Assembly (NCBI GenBank): GCA_000002445.1
Contig: CM000207.1
Coordinates: 2,016,001 to 2,080,000, forward strand
Length of the DNA stretch: 64,000 nucleotides
DNA from: Trypanosoma brucei
Taxonomy: Eukaryota
Direction of reading: 5' to 3'
This document shows, in pieces, positions 31,870 through 41,515 of the stretch. The position numbers were made by a program, and so were the translations under genes. The first letter of the stretch is position 1. Each line of letters starts with the position of its first letter. The notes beneath the pieces are model-generated. The model did not search any database, was not told the origin of the DNA, and saw only the letters and a list, made by a program, of their open reading frames with translations.

Positions 31870-32169
31870 TTATCCAAACAAAAGTGTGAACACAATCACC
31901 GCTGTGTTAATGAATATCAGTGGCCATCGCATAAGCGTGCGCACGCTGCTCAGTAATGCGGCAATGCTTTCTCTGAAGGGTCGCTGCCGAGGCACTCCCG
32001 CTAATTCGTCACCCGAGCTAAAAGCTGTTTCACTACCAATATCACTGCTGTCCATCACCGCTGATGAGGCAAGCCCATACCTAGATAGTAAACGCCTCTC
32101 GGATAAGATGGCCATAGCATTGAGGCACAACAGCAGAGCCTGCAAAATCCCAGCAAGAGAGAACCCCAT
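31870..32169 (-). CDS. IER3IP1: IER3IP1 / Yos1-like small ER-Golgi membrane protein
   Basis: Taken from the internal Met (MGFSLAGILQALLLCLNAMAILSERRLL...VRTLMRWPLIFINTAVIVFTLLFG). It is collinear with human IER3IP1 (LLQAALLCVNAIAVLHEERFL...VRTVMRVPLIIVNSIAIVLLLLFG). The ORF-track start at 32196 is probably spurious. Confidence 0.7.
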   Translation of the reverse strand: MGFSLAGILQALLLCLNAMAILSERRLLSRYGLASSAVMDSSDIGSETAFSSGDELAGVPRQRPFRESIAALLSSVRTLMRWPLIFINTAVIVFTLLFG

Positions 32170-32648
32170 GTGAATATCTACCAGCTTTACGTGCACGCGC
32201 GTGGGACGAAGTGCATGATGTGCGTTTCGGAAGGTGGAAGGTGGTAAGGTTGTTAAAGAGGAAAGAAGATGGAGGATCCCACATTACTGGGGTCTAAAAG
32301 AAATGTATCTCAGCCCCTCTTCATGAAACACCTGCAACTTGAAGCAGATAACCGAAAGGAGAGTGTTAGGTTACAAAGGTGACAAATGAAGTTGATTTAT
32401 TTAAAGAGAACAAAGTAAAGTCACCCATCTCTCCTCACTCCCGTATACGCATTCACAATTTATACCGTTATTCCCTCTTACACCCTCAAACTTTCAGCTT
32501 TGACCTTCCCCCTTTCTCTGCCTCAACACCCTGCACCACCGCCAACCACTCACACCCGCTTCCTGCAACACCGTAAAGGGGAAGTATACGCACGATAGAG
32601 GGGACAGTCTGCTGAGTGCTGCATTAAATTTCACACCCTCACCTCCCT

Positions 32649-34172
32649 TCAACCGTCCAATGAAACAACAGGTTCCGGCTTTACAGCAACTTCCGCTTCC
32701 GCCTCCCCCTCCTCATCCGTTTTCTTTCTGATTTCTGGTAATCCAACAGCTGCCAACCCATCGGCCACAACCACGCGGATATCGTGCGTAGGATAGAAAA
32801 CGTCTCCCACCTCCAGGCGGAGCATATTTCCGAGTGTCCACTGCTTTCCCTGAACGCGAACACCGTTACGACCATAATTAACCAACCAGAGGAATTGTGA
32901 AACCTCTTCGTTTTCCTGCACCTCAGTGCCCCCATCTTCCCGCCTCTTCGAGTCCTCCCCAGTGCCGGAGGAACTCGACTTATTGGGCAACAAAAACAAG
33001 GAAAAGTGGTGTGGGGATACAAACTCCGGGTGTTGAGTTAAGGAAACAAGACCAACATGGATGTTTGTTATGCCGTTAGACACCGAACTTACCACACCAG
33101 CGGTACGGCCAAAGTGCATCACCCGGCCTCGCACGGAAATTGTTTGAGAATCACTCACACTAGTTGATGTCACCTGTAATATCCAACGGCACCTCTCCTC
33201 TGAATTGCTATGAACTGCCGGTTTCCAACCAAGCTCTCTCACCCCATCAAGATACGCCCCCGGAAGCTTCATCAAGTCTACATAGGGTGCTGTTTCATTT
33301 ATCACCCCAGGTACGAGACGATCCGTTTGGATCCCCTTGGATTGTAGGGTTCGCCATGGACGGCGATAGAGTTTTGTAAGATTCTCTATTAGCTCAACAC
33401 GTTTCTCCACATCCTTTTCTGCTGCAGCGACGAAAGTACCGGGGTGAAGGTCAACATCATTACTCCACGGGTCCTCTGACGGCTGTAGTGTTTGGATGTC
33501 TATTTCACCTGCGCCATCGTCACTACACGGACGGTCCCGTTTTTTCTCATTGCAACCCGCCACAATTTCTTCTCTCTCATAGGCATCACCATTGTTATCA
33601 CTCTCTCTTCCTCTCTTGGCGGGTAATTGATGACTATTAATCTCAACAGCGGTGCTCCATGCAAGGAGATTAATAAAGTGATTAGACATTATAACCTTCG
33701 CTTCATCATCGTTAAGCCCCACACGTTGTTTGAGTTTGAGCAACTCATCTATGACAGCACCCGAGGAAAATTTCCCACGTTGGAGCACCTCCGCCGTTAG
33801 TCCAATCGACTGGAGGCGATTTGATGCCAGCAGAGATGCCAGCGTAACTTTGGGTCCTTTTTTCTCCGCCTCGTCTTGTGGAGGAGTGATATCACCAGCA
33901 GCAGCACCGCGCTTTGCGCTCCCGACGCCTTTCCGCAAATCCTCAGTGGGTAAATGAAACAACTCAGCAATGTTGAGAAATGAAGACTCAACAACAAGTG
34001 CGTCTGACACCGCATCACCCACAGCCACCGGTGCTGTTCCTTCTGGGACCTTGCCTAACAACTCCGGGAACAAATACAAGGGTGGCTCATAACTCACCGG
34101 GTGCTTAAACACCAGCTCGCAGTCTCCAACCAAATGTGTAAAGGATTCTGAAAGGGGTTGGGGGGCACTCAT
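32649..34172 (-). CDS. FHA-domain-like hypothetical protein
   Basis: The C-terminal region (FGRTAGVVSSVSNGITNIHVGLVSL...VNYGRNGVRVQGKQWTLGNMLRLEVGDVF) resembles a forkhead-associated fold. The start is placed at the MSAPQPL Met because the upstream extension is a K/R-rich read-through. Confidence 0.45.
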   Translation of the reverse strand: MSAPQPLSESFTHLVGDCELVFKHPVSYEPPLYLFPELLGKVPEGTAPVAVGDAVSDALVVESSFLNIAELFHLPTEDLRKGVGSAKRGAAAGDITPPQDEAEKKGPKVTLASLLASNRLQSIGLTAEVLQRGKFSSGAVIDELLKLKQRVGLNDDEAKVIMSNHFINLLAWSTAVEINSHQLPAKRGRESDNNGDAYEREEIVAGCNEKKRDRPCSDDGAGEIDIQTLQPSEDPWSNDVDLHPGTFVAAAEKDVEKRVELIENLTKLYRRPWRTLQSKGIQTDRLVPGVINETAPYVDLMKLPGAYLDGVRELGWKPAVHSNSEERCRWILQVTSTSVSDSQTISVRGRVMHFGRTAGVVSSVSNGITNIHVGLVSLTQHPEFVSPHHFSLFLLPNKSSSSGTGEDSKRREDGGTEVQENEEVSQFLWLVNYGRNGVRVQGKQWTLGNMLRLEVGDVFYPTHDIRVVVADGLAAVGLPEIRKKTDEEGEAEAEVAVKPEPVVSLDG

Positions 34173-34708
34173 CCTCTCACTCTCTTTCTCTCTTTTTTTC
34201 CTTCTACACGGTCTGACACACCCGTTCAAGCAACCCTCGTGGAGATGAATCAGGAGTGCTGTAGAAAGAATCTTTCTGTTCCTCGTCCAGAGGAGACGGA
34301 AAAGGGGGGGGACAAGATGGGGAAGAGCAAACGTTAATAGTGACCGACCGTGTACGTGGGTGTGTAGCTGTACGCACTTTATATGAGGAAATTAGACAGT
34401 CACTAGGGGTTGGACCTGATAACAAATAAATAATGAGAGGCTACCAGTCCGTAACACATGAGAAGAGCATTGCCGTACGATAAATGTATGGGGTCACATA
34501 CCTCAAATGACAACGTGAAAAGAAGGTGGAAGAAAATTACGAATTGGTCATGGGGAGAACGGTCTTAAGAACGTCTCAGAGTGCTTGTGGGGGCACGAAC
34601 AACGACTGGTATGAAACCCGTACTGGATAGCGGAACTACACAAAACAGAAATAGCATGTCAGTTGGAAGTTGCTGCTGCGGTTGTTTTTGCATTTCCTCC
34701 GTGTTGAC

Positions 34709-37700
34709 TTAACGCAAATCTGTACTGGGGTCGTCACCACCCATGTTTGCAAAGGGATTAAAGGCTAGTGGCAAAGGATTGCCGCCCAACCGTTGAGATG
34801 CGCTATTCGTTGGTGCAGTTTCTGGTGCTTGCAGGAGCCCGTGAACCCCACTACCAACCCCAAATGGAGGACACTGTGAAGAATCACTCACTGACACTCC
34901 CCCAGCTACAGGAGATGGGTTAAAGTTCTCAACCGGCCACATCCCACCACTGATTTGACTGTGAACACAGTCGGCGCCGGCTTCCCGTAAAAGTGCTCGG
35001 GACACATCCGACAAGGTGACGCTGTGATTATATGGTACACGATTTAACGGCACATCCTCCGCGGCAGCAGCAGGCATGCCATTTGGAGGATTATACGTGT
35101 TTTCATGGGAAATTTGAAGGCGATTTTGGGCATCATCGCTAGACGGCCCATTATTCATCTCGTGGTTGAATGGGACAACATCAGGCTCACGTGACACGTG
35201 TGTAGGTTCACCATCTGGCCTACCAAAATTTTCAGTTATACCGAGAGTCAACTGGACGTCCTTCTGACTTCCAAACCCTCTCTCTTCACACATGTGAACG
35301 ACCATGACAAGTAATTGGTCTCGTTCCTCAGTTATTTTCTGAAGGTCCTGACGTAGAGTCAGAGTTTCCGTAGTGTCACCCCTGCTTCGTGACACGGCTG
35401 CGCGTAGCTGTTCTTCCAGCATATTCAGTGACTGAGCCAAAGCCTGATGTTCCTCTTCCTTGACACTGACAGCTCCTTCTAAAAAAGCAATATTCTCATT
35501 GAGGTTACCCACCTCGGAGCGATGTCGTTCTTCCCGCAGAGCCTCTTCCTCCTCTCGTTGTCTGGCGTCCGCTCGGATTTGCTCTTCGAGACTGTGAAGA
35601 TCTGACTCCAACTTGGCGTTCTTTTCAGTTAATTCGCGGATTTTACTCTCATACTGCTCACGCAGAGCGTTAACCGTTTCGTCTAATAACTTTGTTGTTT
35701 CTACGGGTGTAGAAGGTTGCGAGGTCACAAACCCCACAGCACCAGGCTGTGTGGGTGTCTCAGGAACTGCTTGTGGAAAGGGGAGGGGCGGAGAACTTCT
35801 CACCTCCACACTATTATAGTCCGTGACAGCTGATATTGATTGCTTTAGTTGCGACCCCAAGTAATCTCCTTCCTTAGGGTCTGGTGCTGCTTTAATGATA
35901 CCCATACGCGTGCGGCAAAGATCACTGAAATCCTTCATAACCTTCAAAAGAGAGCCCTTCATTGCTTCATCGTACAATGCAGGTGCAGTGCGTTGAAAAG
36001 CACATTTGGGTGGCTCACCCCACATGGGACTAGACGCCCTCACATCGAAAAGTAAGTCCTCGAAGACCTGAGGTCCGCCCAAATGGCTAAAGAAAAGTTC
36101 CAGCAGTTGTTCCTTGTTTATTACCTCCTCCTGAGGCGACGGGGTACACTCAACCTCCGCCTTTTTCGACTTTTCATTAGCTGTGCAATTGCCCATACCT
36201 CCATTTTGATCATTCTCAGGAGCATAAACACAAATGGCAGCACACAGTATAGCGGACCAGAAGCGGACGTGCACAGGTCCTTCATCACGACACGCACGCT
36301 GCAAGAATCCTCTGTAATGCGCCGTATCTTTTAGGAAGTGCTGGATCGCCCTTACGTCACACACTATCCACTGCAATAACGCCCTAAAGCATGCACTCAA
36401 TGTGTTGAGATCCATCTCCCCGTGGCCACGAAAACATTTTAACACGTATTCGACGTAACCTACGAATACAGAACCAGGTGGCTCCGTGGCCGCGGGAGCA
36501 ACATGTGTCCTCGATACAAATACCTTGGTTTTAAGGGCAGGTGAGCCTGAAGAGGCTTCCAGTTCCTCTTTATGTTCTAACAGTTGCACCGCTGCGGTTG
36601 GTATCATCAACAGGCGGTCCAAAAGTAAGGCAGCGTAGTATTTCCCAACACAATCGCTGCCTCCATAAGTGCTAAATAGAGCAGCGGCAATTGCCTCACC
36701 ACAGTCACCCACCAACGTTCCCTTCGGTAGTGCTACACCCGACGGACCGGGGACAGGCAGGGCGAATCCTTTGAGAATAACTTTCACAGCACTTTCTTCA
36801 CACGAAGGTGTGCTCAGAAGTGTGAGAAACACCTGCGCAACGCAGGGTTGCATCACTCTATCCCCAACACCAAGCAGCAGATGCAAAGCAGCTCGTGCAG
36901 CTGGTAATTCCTTCGCAACAAAGATTGAGGAATCCTTCCGCAGCAGCATCAGAACGTGAAGTTGCAGAAATTCCTCAACGGCCGCGCTGCCGCCTTCGAG
37001 AAGAATTGCAAGTGTTCGCATGGCCTCGACGCGCACGGCATCATCCACAGCGTCGCCAACAAGAGCAAGTGACGCTAATGGGGTTAAAACACCGCACTGC
37101 AGGAAACTTTCCTGAGTAGCTGTACCCCCCTCCGGTTGCGCCCTCGCGTCACGAAGCACACAACTAAGCAACGAAACGGCCATCAGCGTTGCCATATTCT
37201 GTGCATTGGTAAGCGGTGTGTAATCCACCTGAACCTCCTCTCCATGTTTCCTCTTCATCATCCGACTAGCCTCCGCTTGTTTCACGGCGTCTTGCAAACG
37301 CTGAACAACAGCAAACAACAAGGGACAAATAAGTTTGGCACAACCCATCTCACAGAAGAGCTTTTGGGTAGCCTTGTTTCCACGGAGCATATTGTGTGTT
37401 ATAGTGAGGCAGTCGGATACAATAGCACCACCGTCTAGATCTCCCTCGTCCCTCATCACACCAAAAAGTTTCTCGAATGCGTTGTTGAAGGCCAGTACCG
37501 TCTGCAGCTCAGTGTCCGTGGCAGTAATAGCGGTAATGAGTACAAGACCTTCATTTCGAAGGGCACCGTCGTGGCTATTATCGCTCAGAATATCCACTAA
37601 CACACTCACACCTTGTGAGGCGAGAAGAAGTTTATTCATTGAAGATGGATCGTAATCTTCAAGTCTCTGCAGCAACTGTAGTGCATGAAAGCGTGACCAA

Positions 37701-38161
37701 AAAGAGCCCTCTTTCATATGACTCAAGAAAAGTGGAACTTCACTCACAAGTTCCTGCAAAAACGAATCGCAAATGCTTTGTTTCCCCCTTTCGGACACAG
37801 CGTAGGCAGGACCAGTTGGGAAACCACTAAGGTCTGTGACATTTGCAAGAATCGCTAGGGAGGACTCCACAACTTCCCCGTCTTCCGAATAATTTTGTAG
37901 CAAATTGCACAGATGTACAACCTCTTTCGGTTCCATTACATATGGAAGATCGACACACTCCCGCAACTCCCTGAGCGCCTCACGCCTGTCCTGAGCAACT
38001 GTGCATGATTGAATACGCGTGATTAACTTTCTTGTATGAACGTAATCCCCCTCCGGCTCTTCTCTGCCCTTATTCCCCTCTTCGACAGCGGCAGCCACTT
38101 TTGACGTATCTGTAGGGTGCACGATATCATCGCCGAGCAACGTCTTAACCAAAAAACTCAT
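34709..38161 (-). CDS. General vesicular transport factor p115/Uso1-like golgin (armadillo head plus coiled-coil tail)
   Basis: The N-terminus (RIQSCTVAQDRREALRELRECV...LAILANV) matches the p115/Uso1 head. There are armadillo-like repeats, a C-terminal coiled coil (LREQYESKIRELTEKNAKLESDLHSLEEQIRADARQREEEE) and an acidic tail. Confidence 0.65.
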   Translation of the reverse strand: MSFLVKTLLGDDIVHPTDTSKVAAAVEEGNKGREEPEGDYVHTRKLITRIQSCTVAQDRREALRELRECVDLPYVMEPKEVVHLCNLLQNYSEDGEVVESSLAILANVTDLSGFPTGPAYAVSERGKQSICDSFLQELVSEVPLFLSHMKEGSFWSRFHALQLLQRLEDYDPSSMNKLLLASQGVSVLVDILSDNSHDGALRNEGLVLITAITATDTELQTVLAFNNAFEKLFGVMRDEGDLDGGAIVSDCLTITHNMLRGNKATQKLFCEMGCAKLICPLLFAVVQRLQDAVKQAEASRMMKRKHGEEVQVDYTPLTNAQNMATLMAVSLLSCVLRDARAQPEGGTATQESFLQCGVLTPLASLALVGDAVDDAVRVEAMRTLAILLEGGSAAVEEFLQLHVLMLLRKDSSIFVAKELPAARAALHLLLGVGDRVMQPCVAQVFLTLLSTPSCEESAVKVILKGFALPVPGPSGVALPKGTLVGDCGEAIAAALFSTYGGSDCVGKYYAALLLDRLLMIPTAAVQLLEHKEELEASSGSPALKTKVFVSRTHVAPAATEPPGSVFVGYVEYVLKCFRGHGEMDLNTLSACFRALLQWIVCDVRAIQHFLKDTAHYRGFLQRACRDEGPVHVRFWSAILCAAICVYAPENDQNGGMGNCTANEKSKKAEVECTPSPQEEVINKEQLLELFFSHLGGPQVFEDLLFDVRASSPMWGEPPKCAFQRTAPALYDEAMKGSLLKVMKDFSDLCRTRMGIIKAAPDPKEGDYLGSQLKQSISAVTDYNSVEVRSSPPLPFPQAVPETPTQPGAVGFVTSQPSTPVETTKLLDETVNALREQYESKIRELTEKNAKLESDLHSLEEQIRADARQREEEEALREERHRSEVGNLNENIAFLEGAVSVKEEEHQALAQSLNMLEEQLRAAVSRSRGDTTETLTLRQDLQKITEERDQLLVMVVHMCEERGFGSQKDVQLTLGITENFGRPDGEPTHVSREPDVVPFNHEMNNGPSSDDAQNRLQISHENTYNPPNGMPAAAAEDVPLNRVPYNHSVTLSDVSRALLREAGADCVHSQISGGMWPVENFNPSPVAGGVSVSDSSQCPPFGVGSGVHGLLQAPETAPTNSASQRLGGNPLPLAFNPFANMGGDDPSTDLR

Positions 38162-38949
38162 GATACCGTCTTTCTACGCTAAAAAGAAATAAAATATGAT
38201 GATGCACACGCGCCACTCGGTGTACACACTGATTGTATTTTTCTCCCACCCCCGAGAGGCACAAAGCACTGGTAACGAGTTCTTGTTTGTTATCTTTCCA
38301 AGCGTTTTTTTATTGTTTCTCGCACGATTGTGTGTGTGGATGTGTCTTTCTTTTAATATTACACGAAAGACAACAGACGCTTGTCCTTACACGAGCACCT
38401 GCGGGAGAACAAAGGAAGAGAGGAAACTGTGAGAATCAAATGCACGAGTACCAAAAAATAGAAAATCAAGACGAATCCCGTTGATTATCTTTTTTTTTTA
38501 AGTAGGGGTTAGGGACGGAGGTAATAAGGAAATGGATGCAACATAGTTACTCACTCCGATGTCGTTATTAGAAGGAATCGAGACAAAAGTGCCTTACACG
38601 CGCATTAAGTGCACACCAATACCGGGACCACATCATCAGAGTTACGCATCGAGTGATGTGTTGTCGGAAGGTAAACATCGAATCCCTTATTCAACCAAAT
38701 ACGCATACATCTATATATCGGTGTATATATATGTAGATGTGGATGTGGATGTAGATGTATACAGCACGTACCTCCATATACCCATAACTTTCACTTAACA
38801 TTTAAACGTCCAAACAGTCACTACCAAACACAGCATCACGCGCGTCCCTCATTCTAACAACCTTTGTAAGTGAGAAACCGCAAACGTCGACGAACACGCC
38901 ATCGAAGCGACAAAAATACACATATATACAAAAAAAATACAAATGTGCA

Positions 38950-39885
38950 TTAAAAGGATGTTTCGGGAATCACACCAAAGGTCTCACGTTTCACACGAAC
39001 CTCACCCTTCGGTTTCAACACCTTCCTCTTATTGTATACGTGCCTCATACGTGCCGGCACAAGGTTGCGCTCCTCAAGCGACTTCATGCGGTCGGTTATG
39101 GGATGGACGGAGCTGCCATTGAGGTGCCGCAGGGAACCAACGAGATTTGAACTAGGCGCCACATCTAGAGAGAGCGGCGTGTAATGATGGCGACCGAAAG
39201 ATTTAATGGACATCCCCTCACGCTTAATGAGACGACGCTTCTCTCTTGCAGCTTGGCGTTTTGCTTCCCGCTTAGCGTGCTGAGCTGCAATTTCCTCGAT
39301 GTGGTCCACTTCATTCAACACGATGTCCCGTTTCGGGTGACGGCGGTGCGGAAGGGTTTTTTTCGTTGCGAGTAATGAAGCCTTTGATACCTTCTTTTTG
39401 TCCTTCTTCTTCCGCTTCTTCTTCTTATCTTCCTCCTTTTTTGCTACGTTGGAGTCCCCTTCCTGAACCCCTTCCTTCACTGTTTTTCGCGCCTTCTTCT
39501 TCTTCTTTTCCGGCCGTTCCTTTACCTCTTCCTCCCACGTCTCGTCAGTGGAAAGGCTGCCGTTATATTTTTGATCCCGACCTCGAGTCAAGAACTTCAC
39601 AACCCTTTCATGATCCCGCTTTTTCTTCTCCAAGTGTTTAACCGCTTTGAGCAGAGCCTTCTGATGGTCATCATCGCGGGGGTTGTAACTTTGCCCGGGA
39701 TGCGGAAGTGCCACGGCGGCTCGATTGTTGGGTCGCACATATGCGCACTTGCGCTTACGAGGCGCCTGAGGTTTTGTAGGTAACACTTCAGGAGGGACAT
39801 TCCACCCACGACTCGTACGGACGGGTTTCGGTGCATTGACGGCCCGCTCATCGGCACCTGACCATAAGTCACGCAGTTTTGACAT
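38950..39885 (-). CDS. Lysine-rich nucleolar protein, Nop53/GLTSCR2-like (ribosome biogenesis)
   Basis: HPGQSYNP and DDHQKALL-type motifs are followed by long K/E-rich stretches (KKKKRKKKDKKK). The ORF-track N-terminus (LVCVCVCVFV) is read-through of an (AC)n microsatellite, so the start is placed at MSKLRDLW. Confidence 0.5.
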   Translation of the reverse strand: MSKLRDLWSGADERAVNAPKPVRTSRGWNVPPEVLPTKPQAPRKRKCAYVRPNNRAAVALPHPGQSYNPRDDDHQKALLKAVKHLEKKKRDHERVVKFLTRGRDQKYNGSLSTDETWEEEVKERPEKKKKKARKTVKEGVQEGDSNVAKKEEDKKKKRKKKDKKKVSKASLLATKKTLPHRRHPKRDIVLNEVDHIEEIAAQHAKREAKRQAAREKRRLIKREGMSIKSFGRHHYTPLSLDVAPSSNLVGSLRHLNGSSVHPITDRMKSLEERNLVPARMRHVYNKRKVLKPKGEVRVKRETFGVIPETSF

Positions 39886-39960
39886 ACAGGCTCGCAGATT
39901 AATGTAAATATAGCGAGCAGTTGTAAACAGACGCGAAAAAAAAAAACAAAAACACCGCAC

Positions 39961-39997
39961 GCACGCACGCACAAACACACACACACACACACACACA
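39961..39997. repeat. (CA)n / (GCAC)n microsatellite
   Basis: gcacgcacgcacaaacacacacacacacacacacaca, immediately upstream of the Nop53-like start. Confidence 0.9.
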
Positions 39998-40501
39998 AGT
40001 ACACACGATGTGAGAATCTCTCTTTTTGCAACTATATTTTCGGAGAGAAATAAAATCAAAACAGAAAAAACGATCCACCCTTCGGCTCTGCGGTTACGAT
40101 GAGTGTTTATACCGCGTAATACCTTTATTGTCTCAATCCTTTTCTCTCTTTTCTTTTTTATGTTCCCCGAGGCTTCCTTCCCTCTTACGTCTCCTTTGGT
40201 GTGAGTACTGAAGTTACCTCAACAAGTGGCAAAACTGAAACCACTACCTTCGGTTGTGGAAAGCAAGTGAGTGCATAAAAGAGAGGGGAAAGAATGCGCA
40301 AAGAAGAGTAACAGAAAAAAAAAAAACGAAGGCATAAGCTTACAGCGGGGGAAGCCACCAACCACAAAAGAACAAAATATAAGTAAACACCGGACACCAG
40401 CATTTACCCGGAAGCCCCCTGCTTCACAACACGCATGCGCGCTCATGCAAGCAAAGAGAACACGAACGTTACCCGCGAAATAACCTTAAATAACATATCA
40501 C

Positions 40502-41515
40502 CTAGAACTTTTTAAGTGAACGCCGTTGCTTTGAAGCCTCAAACATTGACTTGTGAGCACGACCCTTTTCGAGGAACCTTTCTGCATTCCGCGTCCACCG
40601 CTTGCTTACCTGAAACTGATAGAAATCCGAATAACACGGGTTTTTCCGCTTTCGGCGATGCATTGGTCGGTCGGAGGCTTCATGAAGATGTTCCTCCTGA
40701 CTTCGTAGCTTGTCATCCTCAGCACCAAAAGTCGAAACTAACTGTGTTGGATCCACATCAGCGCCTTGCGTCATTTGGCGTACAACCTCGCTCACATTAC
40801 GCGGGACAACATAGCGGAATCCGTCCTTATCACCCCCGCGCTTGTTGATTTCCTTCAACTCTCGTAGTCGCTTAGCTGCAGCACGCCTTAGTTGACATTC
40901 CCTCTTACTGAGATCCTTAAAATATGAATGGGCCTTTTGCAGAAGTCCATCCGCTTCCACAATCTCACTGCGCTTCTGCTGCGCGTAATCATCGAGGAAA
41001 GGAAGATGTGGAGAGTTAAACCCACCGCCTCCGGGTGCATCAGCGCTGGTTGAATCACGCTTACCGTCCTCACCACCAATAACCCTTTGAAGGAGTTGTT
41101 TGTCTATTTCTTCTTGCGATGGTGGCGGCAATTCAAATGGGACGCTGATATCTCTCAGTCTTTCCACCTTTTTTTTGTTTGGTAAGGCAACCGCCACCTT
41201 TTTATCTTTCTTTTGGCCTGCTTTTTCCTTAACGGGCTTTCGCTCTGATTTTTTTGTGGAACCCTTGACGGGTTTCCTTCCCTTTTCAGTCAAAATCGCC
41301 TTCTTGCCCCCTTTCCCGTGGGCACGTTCCGACGCTTGTTTCCTTTTCTTGTCATTCATTCTCAACCTTTTGTTATGGCGCCTTTCCTCTTCCGCGGCAG
41401 CCTCTCGTTTCTTCGCTAAGGTCTTCATCCTTTTAATATATTTCTTATTTGGTTCCAACGGTTGCAAAAGTTGTATAGGACTCGCACCAGCTGATCCGCT
41501 ACGCTTCGCTGCCAT
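40502..41515 (-). CDS. Hypothetical basic K/R-rich protein (probable nucleolar)
   Basis: The 337-aa ORF is very basic, with KR-rich repeats at the N-terminus and in the middle. No domain was assigned. Confidence 0.5.
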   Translation of the reverse strand: MAAKRSGSAGASPIQLLQPLEPNKKYIKRMKTLAKKREAAAEEERRHNKRLRMNDKKRKQASERAHGKGGKKAILTEKGRKPVKGSTKKSERKPVKEKAGQKKDKKVAVALPNKKKVERLRDISVPFELPPPSQEEIDKQLLQRVIGGEDGKRDSTSADAPGGGGFNSPHLPFLDDYAQQKRSEIVEADGLLQKAHSYFKDLSKRECQLRRAAAKRLRELKEINKRGGDKDGFRYVVPRNVSEVVRQMTQGADVDPTQLVSTFGAEDDKLRSQEEHLHEASDRPMHRRKRKNPCYSDFYQFQVSKRWTRNAERFLEKGRAHKSMFEASKQRRSLKKF

